Shown here: piece by piece, positions 56,296-64,000 of the stretch | How positions within the stretch are numbered: position 1 is the first letter of the stretch | Layout: each line of letters starts with the position of its first letter | Origin: Defluviitaleaceae bacterium | Lineage (GTDB): Bacteria; Bacillota; Clostridia; Lachnospirales; WQUN01 | DNA: 64,000 bases | Assembly (NCBI GenBank): GCA_009781765.1 | Contig: WQVC01000001.1 | Location: forward strand, 14,774-78,773 | Reading direction: 5' to 3' | Program-made: the position numbers and the translations under genes | Notes under the pieces: model-generated | Seen by the model: the letters and a program-made list of their open reading frames with translations, nothing else | Database searches by the model: none | What the model was told of the DNA's origin: nothing

Positions 56296-57267
56296 TTATA
56301 CACATCTCGCCGCGTCGTAAATTCCGTTAATCAGCCTCTGAGTGCGAAGCCACTCCGCGCCGTCGGGTTGCGGAGCGATTCCCGCCGTAATGGCGTCGTA
56401 AAACGCCTGAATCTGCTTAACGTGCGACACGCCCCAATACGATTTCATGCCGAACCGCCGTTGCGCATCAACATCCGCGCCGGCGGTTATTTTTTGTCCG
56501 TCGGAGAAAAAAATCGTCGCGTCTTCGCCGATAATTTGCGCTCGTCCGTTTTCGCAAATGAGTTCGATGGTTGCGGGGGCGTCGTAGGGGTGATATGTGT
56601 TTACGAAAAACGAAATTTTCGCGCCGTTTTTATAGGTAATAATCCCTTCGGCGACGTCCTCGACTTCGATTTTCGGATGCGCGCGATTTGCAATTGCCGC
56701 GCTTATTTCGCAAAAATCGCCGAGAAAAAAATTTACCAAATCGAATGTATGAATGGATTGATTTATTAAAACACCACCGCCTTCGGTAGCGAGTTTGCCG
56801 CGCCAATCGCCGGATGAGTAATAATCGTCGCCGCGATTCCAGTTCACCCGAAGGAAACCGCTTTTTACCGCACCGAGCGCGTGTAAATTTTTTTTAATCA
56901 AAATCGCGCCCGGCGAAAAACGATTTTGAAACACGACGGATAAAAATGCGTCGTGTTTTTTTGCTGCTTCATGCATTTTTTCCGCGTCGGCAACGGTGGT
57001 TGCGGGCGGTTTTTCGCACAAAACATGAATCCCGCGTTCAAGTGCGGCTACGGCAACTTCCGCGTGCAAAAAATGCGGCAAGCAGATATGAAGCACATCA
57101 AATCCGCCTGCCGCAAGCATTTTTTTATAGTCCGAAAAAACGGGGCAATCAAACCCCGTCAAAATATTTTTGTCGCAAACCGCCGCGAGTTTAACTCCGG
57201 TCGCCTCCAGTGATTTCAAATGCATGGGAGCAACAGCCCCGAGTCCGATAACAGCTGCTTTAAACAT
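56296..57267 (-). CDS. Gfo/Idh/MocA family oxidoreductase
   Basis: N-terminal Rossmann AVIGLGAVAPMH, and CEKP motif. Confidence 0.85.
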   Translation of the reverse strand: MFKAAVIGLGAVAPMHLKSLEATGVKLAAVCDKNILTGFDCPVFSDYKKMLAAGGFDVLHICLPHFLHAEVAVAALERGIHVLCEKPPATTVADAEKMHEAAKKHDAFLSVVFQNRFSPGAILIKKNLHALGAVKSGFLRVNWNRGDDYYSSGDWRGKLATEGGGVLINQSIHTFDLVNFFLGDFCEISAAIANRAHPKIEVEDVAEGIITYKNGAKISFFVNTYHPYDAPATIELICENGRAQIIGEDATIFFSDGQKITAGADVDAQRRFGMKSYWGVSHVKQIQAFYDAITAGIAPQPDGAEWLRTQRLINGIYDAARCV

Positions 57268-57323
57268 GACAACCGCCTTTCACCCCTTGAAAACCGCCCT
57301 GAGTATACGGCGAAAAAAGTAAT

Positions 57324-57353
57324 TTGACAAACCCCTCGGGTAGAATGTAGAAT
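57324..57353 (+). promoter_or_regulatory. sigma-70-type promoter for the small ORF and tRNA-Thr
   Basis: TTGACA, 18 nt spacer, TAGAAT. Confidence 0.5.
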
Positions 57354-57396
57354 AGCTCTCGCACGTTTAAATCTGAAAAAGCAAGGAGAAACGACA

Positions 57397-57549
57397 ATGC
57401 CGAAACCGAAACGCGGAAAACTTGCGCGTACAGTAAAAGGTTGGCGCGGAAACTGCCCTGCCTGCACCCGTACCGGCGTAAAGCTCCTCTGGGAGAAAAC
57501 CGAAGGCGAAAAAACCATGAAAGTCTGCAAGCAATGCGGTGAGGTCTAA
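57397..57549 (+). CDS. 50-aa zinc-ribbon-like protein
   Basis: AAGGAGA RBS. MPKPKRGKLARTVKGWRGNCPACTRTGVKLLWEKTEGEKTMKVCKQCGEV has CxxC..CxxC. Not in the ORF track (<60 aa). Confidence 0.55.
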   Translation: MPKPKRGKLARTVKGWRGNCPACTRTGVKLLWEKTEGEKTMKVCKQCGEV

Positions 57550-57567
57550 CAAGCCGTCACCCTCCCC

Positions 57568-57640
57568 GCCGACATAGCTCAGTTGGTAGAGCAGCTGATT
57601 TGTAATCAGCAGGTCATCGGTTCGAGTCCGATTGTCGGCT
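57568..57640 (+). tRNA. tRNA-Thr (anticodon UGU)
   Basis: Hand-folded cloverleaf: acceptor GCCGACA/TGTCGGC, D arm GCTC..GAGC, anticodon stem GCTGA/TCAGC with loop TTTGTAA, and T arm ATCGG-TTCGAGT-CCGAT. Confidence 0.9.
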
Positions 57641-57644
57641 CGTG

Positions 57645-57684
57645 AAAAACCCTCGTAATCACTGCGTTTACGAGGGTTTTTGCT
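57645..57684 (+). terminator. rho-independent terminator after tRNA-Thr
   Basis: AAAACCCTCGTAA..TTACGAGGGTTTTT. Confidence 0.8.
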
Positions 57685-57897
57685 TTAGTGCGGTAACGGG
57701 TCAACATGTCGTCGGTGTGGTAACAGTGTGGTAATTATGTATTGTGCCGCATTCTGTATTCGTGATAAAATAAAAAAAGAAGCAGTCGCCACCCTACCAC
57801 AGATTAGCAACTGCCTCCAAACAACGAATCGGCAAGACGCCGCTCCATGTCCATTATATGTGAGCGGCTTCCTTGTTTCAAGAGGCGGGCGTCGAAA

Positions 57898-58101
57898 ATG
57901 GCATTGGAAAATATCAAAAACACGGTGCATCAAAATATTTCGGAGCTGTTCGCATCCGCCGCCGTGGATGCGTTGACCGGGGACACGGAGGCGCACCGCA
58001 CGAAGTTGGAAATAATCGCGCAAATCGCCGAACTGCTTGGCATTGAAACAGAGATAACGACGGTGACGATTAACCTCAAAGCCGAAATGGCGCAAAAATA
58101 G
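57898..58101 (+). CDS. hypothetical 67-aa protein
   Basis: The ATG at 57898 follows GAGGCGGG. Predicted helical. No family recognised. Confidence 0.35.
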   Translation: MALENIKNTVHQNISELFASAAVDALTGDTEAHRTKLEIIAQIAELLGIETEITTVTINLKAEMAQK

Positions 58102-58141
58102 CCACAATCAAAGACCTCTTGTGTAAACGGAACTTTTGCGA

Positions 58142-58801
58142 CTATGATTTTTCGTAAAATGCTTTCAAGTCCTTTAACATTTGAACAAGATAATCTCCGT
58201 CCACATCATTTTCATCGGGGTCGAGATACCTCTTGCCAAATTCCACGAAGCCGTTTTCCGAGTAAAAATCTATCAACTTGGGCTTGTCCTCACATTCAAG
58301 GTAGACAACTCTGCCGCTGAAAAGTCGTTGAAATTCCCAAACCTTATCACATGCGATTTTTAAAAGTTCGTCCCCTGTTATCAGCCTGCCGCCATTGACG
58401 GCATAGTTTTTACCCAATTGCCCTATCAATGGAGCAGGGATTGTATGTATGCCGAGCTTTTTATCGTGAGTGCCGAATTTTGCGATTTTTTTCAGCAACG
58501 CTTTGCTTAAACCTTGTGTTTTTCCGGTTTTCGATTTTGCCCTTACAGACTTATCGGCAATTGTGAATTGTTTTTGGGCAAGCGAAAAATATCCGGCCAA
58601 TTCCGGATTTTGCTTGTATGAAGCGTATACAAGGTATGTTGTTGCATATCCTCGTCGTTCAAACTCAATCGCCTTGAAATGTAAAAAATTCTCAACATCG
58701 GGATTCATTGGACACAAAAAAGAGGACACGATATTCTTTGTCGAATCCTCCCCAAGCTCTTTAAGCATATCTTTCAATAAAAATAAGCTATACCCTGACA
58801 T
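58142..58801 (-). CDS. GNAT-fold acetyltransferase resembling TacT/AtaT-type toxins, with insert
   Basis: SSFLCPMNPDVENFLHFKAIEFERRGYATTYLV, PLIGQLGKN, and RVVYLECEDKPKLIDFYSENGFVEF follow the pattern of GNAT toxins. Confidence 0.55.
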   Translation of the reverse strand: MSGYSLFLLKDMLKELGEDSTKNIVSSFLCPMNPDVENFLHFKAIEFERRGYATTYLVYASYKQNPELAGYFSLAQKQFTIADKSVRAKSKTGKTQGLSKALLKKIAKFGTHDKKLGIHTIPAPLIGQLGKNYAVNGGRLITGDELLKIACDKVWEFQRLFSGRVVYLECEDKPKLIDFYSENGFVEFGKRYLDPDENDVDGDYLVQMLKDLKAFYEKS

Positions 58802-58975
58802 TTATTGCACCCCAAAGTATCGCTTAATATTTTCACCTTTAACTTCATCAAGACGCCTTTGAAGCACAACTTCCTTAGAGCTTTTCTTTTCCGCATTTTC
58901 CAATGCGGAAACAAGCCCCTCAGCAAGACGCTTGTTCTTGATATTTACGCTTTTAATCATGCTCTTGGTTGCCAT
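58802..58975 (-). CDS. 57-aa protein directly upstream of the GNAT gene (candidate antitoxin)
   Basis: GGGGAG RBS. Its stop TAA is immediately followed by the GNAT ATG. Not in the ORF track (<60 aa). Confidence 0.45.
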   Translation of the reverse strand: MATKSMIKSVNIKNKRLAEGLVSALENAEKKSSKEVVLQRRLDEVKGENIKRYFGVQ

Positions 58976-59170
58976 GCAAATCGCTCCCCGAAAATAATAT
59001 TTGAAACGCCCTCAAGTGGGATAAGAGCATTGCATTAGTATTAACACAGGACACATAAAATACCCTCGCCGGAAAACACAAATCAGACCTGACTATGGTT
59101 GACTTGTTTTCATTATATTCATTCAACCGATGATTCGTCAATGAATGTGCGTAATATATTACCTCCCAAC

Positions 59171-59214
59171 AAAAAAAGCGGCATCCCTCCGAAACCGGAA
59201 GGATGCCGCTTTTG
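59171..59214. terminator. bidirectional terminator
   Basis: A7-GCGGCATCC..GGATGCCGC-TTTT. Confidence 0.75.
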
Positions 59215-59246
59215 AATTGCAGGAAATTTGAAGCACAGGAATCAGC

Positions 59247-60470
59247 CTACAGAAAAAACGAATGTCTGCCGATGTCGTGCGAGTGCGTGCGATTCTGCCG
59301 CGCCCAACTGTTGGGAGCGGAATCAAAAAATAACGCCCCCTTCGAGTGGTCAAAACCGGAGAGGGCTTGCCGGGCTGCTTCTTTTTGCGCGGATGTCGGT
59401 TCGGCTCGTTCATACGCGCCGTTTCGCGTCGGCTCGAACTGATTTTCCTGAAAGATGACATTGTAAATTCCGTCGGGGAATTTAGGGCTGCTGTGTCGGT
59501 TTATTACCACGTTTGCCACGGCGGTCTGTCCGATTAAATCTTCGCTGCGGGCTTCCGCCCAAATTATGCGATGCAGAGGGTCAAGACAACGATTGGCGAT
59601 GTTGATTAAAAGCTGCCCCAAAAATAAAATGTTGCTGTTTTTGACCTGCTCGCGCCAATAATCGGGGCTGCTCATAACGCCGGACATCTCCAAAACTTTC
59701 AGCGCGGTTTCAATGTCGGTTATGCCGTTGTCGATTCCGGCGTGAAGCACGTCTTCGCCCCGACCGAAACGCTCCAAAAGCTCATCCAACCACTGAACAC
59801 AGTCCACTCCCTGCCAAAATTCGGGGGTGGTGATTACGCCGAGTTCAGCCATGCGCCGGATATTGGCCTCGTCAATGGGAAATGACTGCAAGGACGAAGG
59901 TTCGGCCGGAGGCATTTCCATCGCTCTTCCGAGCAGACTTTCGGCGACAGCATGACATATCGCTTCGAAGTTTTCGCGGTATAATCGCACGTCCGTATGC
60001 GAGTTGACGAAACAAACCTCAATAAGTATCGACGGCGTTTTGATAAGCCGCAAAAATCCCAAAGTTGACGACATAGTGCCGTCACCGCGCCGAAGCGTTA
60101 ACCCGGAGACCGCCGCAACAGCTTGTGATACTGCCGAGGCTGTCGCTTTGCACTCGGGATGTCCCGCATGGTAAAGCGTTTCGACGCCGATACCTCGCTC
60201 GACCGTGTTGTCGGGAGTGCCGGCGTCAAAGGAATTAAAATGTACCGATACGTCCAAGTCGCGTTGCAGACGATTATGCTCACGCACGATAGCATTTACG
60301 TTGTCGTTTGCGGTACGAGCATTGTTTTCGTGAAAAACGTGAACCTGCGTGTGTCGCCGCAAAATTTCCGCCACTCGGTCGGTTACTTTGCGAGCTTCCG
60401 TAACCTCATCAATGAGATTACTCGCACCGCGAACATACTTCCCGTGGCCTGATGACATTGCAATAACCAT
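59247..60470 (-). CDS. two-domain phage endolysin (N-acetylmuramoyl-L-alanine amidase plus SleB-like cell wall hydrolase)
   Basis: The N-terminus SSGHGKYVRGA..VSVHFNS is amidase_3-like. The C-terminus IIWAEARSE..VANVVINR..QFEP is SleB/hydrolase_2-like. AAGGAGG RBS. Confidence 0.8.
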   Translation of the reverse strand: MVIAMSSGHGKYVRGASNLIDEVTEARKVTDRVAEILRRHTQVHVFHENNARTANDNVNAIVREHNRLQRDLDVSVHFNSFDAGTPDNTVERGIGVETLYHAGHPECKATASAVSQAVAAVSGLTLRRGDGTMSSTLGFLRLIKTPSILIEVCFVNSHTDVRLYRENFEAICHAVAESLLGRAMEMPPAEPSSLQSFPIDEANIRRMAELGVITTPEFWQGVDCVQWLDELLERFGRGEDVLHAGIDNGITDIETALKVLEMSGVMSSPDYWREQVKNSNILFLGQLLINIANRCLDPLHRIIWAEARSEDLIGQTAVANVVINRHSSPKFPDGIYNVIFQENQFEPTRNGAYERAEPTSAQKEAARQALSGFDHSKGALFFDSAPNSWARQNRTHSHDIGRHSFFL

Positions 60471-60511
60471 TGTAACTACCTCCTTTTTGATTGCAAAAAA
60501 AACCGGGTATC

Positions 60512-61057
60512 CTATTCGGAATGCCCGGCTTTGATTTCGGCTTTACGCCATGCTCTTAAATCTTCGTCATACCCGTCAACCGCACCGTTTCCGCCGTACT
60601 TTTTATACAAGGCATGTGTTTCGGTAAAACTTTTGTACATACTGCCGTTAAATCGTTCTTTTGCTCTCATGTCGTAGTAAATCCGCGTCAATGAGTTGTA
60701 CAGCGTGATTCGGGCAAGTTCGCGTTTGTCTGATTCGATTCCGTTTATTTTTTTCTCAAAGTTTTCCTCAATGCAGTTGAGCTTATCCTGCATTTCGGCG
60801 ATTCCGGTTGCGGCCTCTTGCACGGTTGCCGCAAGTTCCGTCATTGCATCGGCGGCGTTTTTCAACGGCGCGAGGGCTTCGTGGTCTGCGACCTTCTCGG
60901 CAAGTTTATTCACCGCTTTTTTTCCGCCGTAAATCAAGCGTTTTGCTATCTGATAAACGCTTGTAAACACGAACGCTCCCCATCCGAATATCGCAAGAAT
61001 ACTTTGCCAAAAACCCGGCGCGTTCTGAGCAACATCAATAATCTCGTAAGGACTCAT
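60512..61057 (-). CDS. phage membrane protein upstream of the lysin (holin-like position)
   Basis: One N-terminal TM (ILAIFGWGAFVFTSVYQIA) followed by a coiled-coil region. Confidence 0.4.
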   Translation of the reverse strand: MSPYEIIDVAQNAPGFWQSILAIFGWGAFVFTSVYQIAKRLIYGGKKAVNKLAEKVADHEALAPLKNAADAMTELAATVQEAATGIAEMQDKLNCIEENFEKKINGIESDKRELARITLYNSLTRIYYDMRAKERFNGSMYKSFTETHALYKKYGGNGAVDGYDEDLRAWRKAEIKAGHSE

Positions 61058-61072
61058 ATTTTCACCTCCGTT

Positions 61073-61840
61073 TCAATGTCGCGAAACATGGTCGCCAATG
61101 TCCGTCAAGCGTGAATCCCACACGATGCCGTGTTCGTATTGGTCGCGGGAGCGGTTTAAAATTCGATGAACGAGATGCTTTTGCCCGTGATTGTGGGAAG
61201 TCATCAGGCAAATATCTCCCGCTTTCAAGCCTTGCCATATGATTCCCTCGATTGCGGTGGTTTGGTTTTGTTGCGGTTTGTCCGGTTCGGGCGTATTGCC
61301 GGCAGCTTCGGTAAATTCGATGCGGAACGCAACATCGCCCGACATGGTTGTCGTTTTGCGTAATTCGCTGAAAACCTCGCTTGCGGTAAGCGCGGGCATA
61401 TCCAAAATAATGCCGCCGTCTTTCATTGTAAGCCAACGCGAAAACTCGTCGCCGCTGATTCCGTAGCTGCCCGGCGGCGACACGACGCTTCCGCCGCTCG
61501 TTCCTTCGGGGGCGAAAAACTGCAAATTAAAATCGCTCGCGCTTGCCATGCGATTATAAAATGCTGCGGCTAATCCGTCCGAAACATCGTCGGCTTGACC
61601 TTGAAACGTAACGATTTCAGGTCTGCCGTACATGCGATGCACGATGAGTCGCACTTTTTTCACGATTACATTGTCGGTAAGATAAAAAAATTTTGACGGC
61701 AGAATATCGCCCGATTGCATTTCAATTTCCAACGGGTCAACGTTTCGCACCGTACCGAAAATGATATGCGAATCATACTTTGCGGCACATTTTTCGGCGT
61801 ATTCCTGTTGTTCCTTTGCGTATTTTTGAAAATAATTCAT
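61073..61840 (-). CDS. phage baseplate-region protein, XkdR/DUF2577-like with a long internal insert
   Basis: N-terminal GTVRNVDPLEIEM and C-terminal LKAGDICLMTSHNHGQKHLVHRIL resemble the two ends of DUF2577. Confidence 0.4.
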   Translation of the reverse strand: MNYFQKYAKEQQEYAEKCAAKYDSHIIFGTVRNVDPLEIEMQSGDILPSKFFYLTDNVIVKKVRLIVHRMYGRPEIVTFQGQADDVSDGLAAAFYNRMASASDFNLQFFAPEGTSGGSVVSPPGSYGISGDEFSRWLTMKDGGIILDMPALTASEVFSELRKTTTMSGDVAFRIEFTEAAGNTPEPDKPQQNQTTAIEGIIWQGLKAGDICLMTSHNHGQKHLVHRILNRSRDQYEHGIVWDSRLTDIGDHVSRH

Positions 61841-61851
61841 CCCGTCACCAC

Positions 61852-62880
61852 CTACACATAAAACTCAACGTCCATTTCGTGCCGTTCCGCCGTTAAGGTG
61901 TGCGTCACTTGTTCGCACCAATGCCCGGCGTCGATATTCGCACGGTCGAGCCGCAACTGCACACCGGTGCCGGCTTGAATGCGAAAATCGCCGATGCCTG
62001 TTCCGCGCAGATGCCGCGTTACGCGATTATGCGCACGCAATTTCAAATGATTCACTTCCATGATTTCGGATTCGGTCATGTGTTCCGACGCTTCCCACGT
62101 AAGCTGTCTGAACCACCATTTGCCCTGCGTTTCGCTGTTTTCGACAATCCAAGCGTCACGCATTCCGATTTCCTCGTTGTCGCGGACGGCTTTGATTGCG
62201 TTATAAGTTTGCGAAAGACTTTGCTTGTAGTTGTACGACGTGATGAACGATTCATCGCCGAGAACAATCGGCCGGCGCAATGCCTTTAATTCGCGCCACT
62301 CGATAACGCCCGCATTATCGCGCAGCATGTACAGGCTGTCGGGAGCTTCCGCAACATGAGCGGAGGTCATTGTGTCAGCTATCATGCTGTAAAGCGTTTG
62401 CGTCAAAAAATAATAATCCTCCAACGGCGCGACGGCGGGTTCTTTTACGGCGAAGGTCACGCCGGCGCGAGCAAAGCGTTCCGCAAATTTATTGCCGAGA
62501 TGCAGAAAAAAATCGCTTCCGGTAAACCCGACGGGACGATACGCGCTTTCGACACCGGCAAGAAGTTTCAAATGGTCAACCGCTCGAAGCGTGTTTGTTT
62601 TTAAGCCGATGCCTTCTTTGTTTAATTCCGGCTCTTCGATTAAGCCAAAAAATAATTCCTCTCCGTTCACGCCGAATCGAATGCGTGAGCCGGGAGGAAT
62701 TACGATGTTGCTGTCCTTGCGTTTTTGCAGCGTGACTTCAAGCGTACCGGGGAAGCCCATGTTTCGGGACGTTTGCCATTGTATGCTTTCCGCGCTCGGG
62801 GTCAAATTGACGGGACGCCCTTTGTACGGGTACGCGGTTAAGTTGACCCTGTATTTCGAATGCGAAAGTGTACTCGGCAT
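61852..62880 (-). CDS. XkdQ/YqbQ-like phage tail/baseplate hub protein
   Basis: 342 aa. The N-terminal ..SIQWQTSRNMGFPGTLEVTLQK.. pattern and its position after a LysM protein match PBSX. Confidence 0.55.
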   Translation of the reverse strand: MPSTLSHSKYRVNLTAYPYKGRPVNLTPSAESIQWQTSRNMGFPGTLEVTLQKRKDSNIVIPPGSRIRFGVNGEELFFGLIEEPELNKEGIGLKTNTLRAVDHLKLLAGVESAYRPVGFTGSDFFLHLGNKFAERFARAGVTFAVKEPAVAPLEDYYFLTQTLYSMIADTMTSAHVAEAPDSLYMLRDNAGVIEWRELKALRRPIVLGDESFITSYNYKQSLSQTYNAIKAVRDNEEIGMRDAWIVENSETQGKWWFRQLTWEASEHMTESEIMEVNHLKLRAHNRVTRHLRGTGIGDFRIQAGTGVQLRLDRANIDAGHWCEQVTHTLTAERHEMDVEFYV

Positions 62881-62916
62881 AAATCACCTTCCAAATAAAA
62901 AAGTCGCCATAGGCGA

Positions 62917-63318
62917 CTAATTAGCGGTTTGCAAATATTCTTTTAATCCCTGCTGAAGAATTTGCGAAAAATTTACACCGGCACGTTCAGCCTCGGCATT
63001 TAACCAACTCGGAATTGACAAAGTTTTCTTTACAAATCTGTTGGCTTGACGCTCCCTTGTCGGGGGCATAAATACTTCCACCAACAGCGGAATTTGCCCG
63101 CTTTCGATGATAAGCTCCGTTATATCTGTCGGGGCAGGGATTTCATCGTTATCTTTTTCCATGCTCCACAAATGAAGCCTTAAAGCCTCATTTGCGCTCT
63201 TCGCGGCTTCCTCCGTTGTTTCGGCGCAGGATAAACAACCCGGCAAATCCGGAAACTCAATTGAAATTCCATCGGGGTCAACAGACAGTACCGCAGGATA
63301 TATATATGTGTCTTTCAT
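62917..63318 (-). CDS. hicB: HicB family antitoxin
   Basis: YPAVLSVDPDGISIEFPDLPGCLSCAETTEEA N-terminal HicB fold motif, and a C-terminal RHH-like region. Confidence 0.85.
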   Translation of the reverse strand: MKDTYIYPAVLSVDPDGISIEFPDLPGCLSCAETTEEAAKSANEALRLHLWSMEKDNDEIPAPTDITELIIESGQIPLLVEVFMPPTRERQANRFVKKTLSIPSWLNAEAERAGVNFSQILQQGLKEYLQTAN

Positions 63319-63359
63319 AGAAAAAGCTCCTTTCGTCGTTCGGGCAGGGGAAGCAGGGC

Positions 63360-63557
63360 TTAAAAATTCACCCCGGTTTGTCGCGCTATGCTTTGCAGTG
63401 TTCTTATCGGTATGTGATTTTTTGGGTGAGGTATCGTGGCTTTACCGATTTTTACGGGGTGCTTGTAGTGCCTGTGACTACCCTCTTGCCCTACAAAATA
63501 CCATCCGTCTTTCAAAAGCATTTTTATTACTTCCCTTGATGAATAGCTCTTCATCAT
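63360..63557 (-). CDS. hicA: HicA family mRNA interferase toxin
   Basis: 65 aa. LLKDGWYFVGQEGSHRHYKHP motif. GAGGGGG RBS. I moved the start to the ATG at 63557. Confidence 0.85.
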   Translation of the reverse strand: MMKSYSSREVIKMLLKDGWYFVGQEGSHRHYKHPVKIGKATIPHPKNHIPIRTLQSIARQTGVNF

Positions 63558-63631
63558 CGTGCCCCCTCTTGATACTACCGTACCACGTATTATATTACGT
63601 GTCAAAAGAAATGTGCTGTGACAGAGTTTTA

Positions 63632-64000
63632 CTACAGCCAATTTTCCGGAACAATAAACTCCTGCCCGGGAAAAATCAAATTTTGATTTCCGCGTGCGTG
63701 GATGATTTCTTTGTTCAAAGTGTAAAGCTCGCGCCATGCCGCGTCGGGTTGCCCGAACTGCCTCGCAATGCGCGTAAGATTATCGCCGCTTACAACGACA
63801 TGCGTTCGCGGATGCGGCGGTCGTTCGTCGATGCGCGGCGACTCCGGCTCACGAACGACAACTTCGCCGCCGCTGATTTCAACGTCCAATTCTTTCATCG
63901 CATGTTCTTCAAACTTGAAAATATCAAGCGCGTAATGAATATCGTGTTCTTCGCCGTTTACGATGCTGTACTGCCGCAGGTTAATCAGTGCCGGAAAATT
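63632..64000 (-). CDS. LysM-domain phage tail protein (XkdP-like), 5' end outside the window
   Basis: The frame is open to the window edge. C-terminal LysM: HVVVSGDNLTRIARQFG..LIFPGQEFIVP. Confidence 0.65.
   Translation of the reverse strand, partial: NFPALINLRQYSIVNGEEHDIHYALDIFKFEEHAMKELDVEISGGEVVVREPESPRIDERPPHPRTHVVVSGDNLTRIARQFGQPDAAWRELYTLNKEIIHARGNQNLIFPGQEFIVPENWL

Noticed and set aside
57685-58107. A 140-aa minus-strand ORF next to tRNA-Thr, considered as an integrase remnant.
   Set aside because: The sequence has no tyrosine- or serine-recombinase motifs and an odd composition. A shorter plus-strand ORF with an RBS fits better. No integrase is visible in the window.

Overview
This is a 64 kb chromosomal segment from what looks like a Clostridia-class Firmicute. 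That call rests on gene content: mcsA-mcsB/clpC, divIVA, addB, meso-DAP dehydrogenase, a PBSX-like prophage tail/lysis module and a SleB-domain lysin. The segment is densely coded on both strands and is mostly housekeeping. It carries xylB, pyrG, prfB (with its programmed +1 frameshift), tsaC/sua5, mnmA, addB, hppA, cca, yraN, rlmD, pcrA, metA and clpC, plus tRNA-Arg(CCG) and tRNA-Thr(UGU). There are four accessory patches. (1) An A/T-rich orphan C5-cytosine methyltransferase cassette lies between rlmD and pcrA. (2) A roughly 4.7 kb decayed island (42.4-47.2 kb) holds a HipA-like kinase, a second hipA fragment and several truncated or frameshifted genes. (3) A serpin plus an ECF sigma/anti-sigma pair separates mcsA-mcsB from clpC. 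(4) The end of a prophage abuts tRNA-Thr and carries a lysis cassette, a GNAT-toxin-like pair and a hicAB pair inside the tail genes. The most unusual feature is at least five families of short nested palindromic repeats (called A-E here). Family A, B and E sequences sit in frame inside intact housekeeping ORFs (addB, cca, pcrA, tsaC, mnmA, a UvrD-like helicase and an MFS transporter). In addB, cca and pcrA the element is in the same orientation and reading frame, giving a shared peptide (..PLDP..EKPREARF..KSFFEGG..). This resembles Rickettsia palindromic elements. Family C elements have terminal inverted repeats, sit at gene 3' ends, and in two cases supply the last codons and the stop codon. 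I saw no CRISPR array, no rRNA and no recognisable multi-gene defence system. All repeat boundaries are by eye (about +/-5 nt). No database search or computation was possible.
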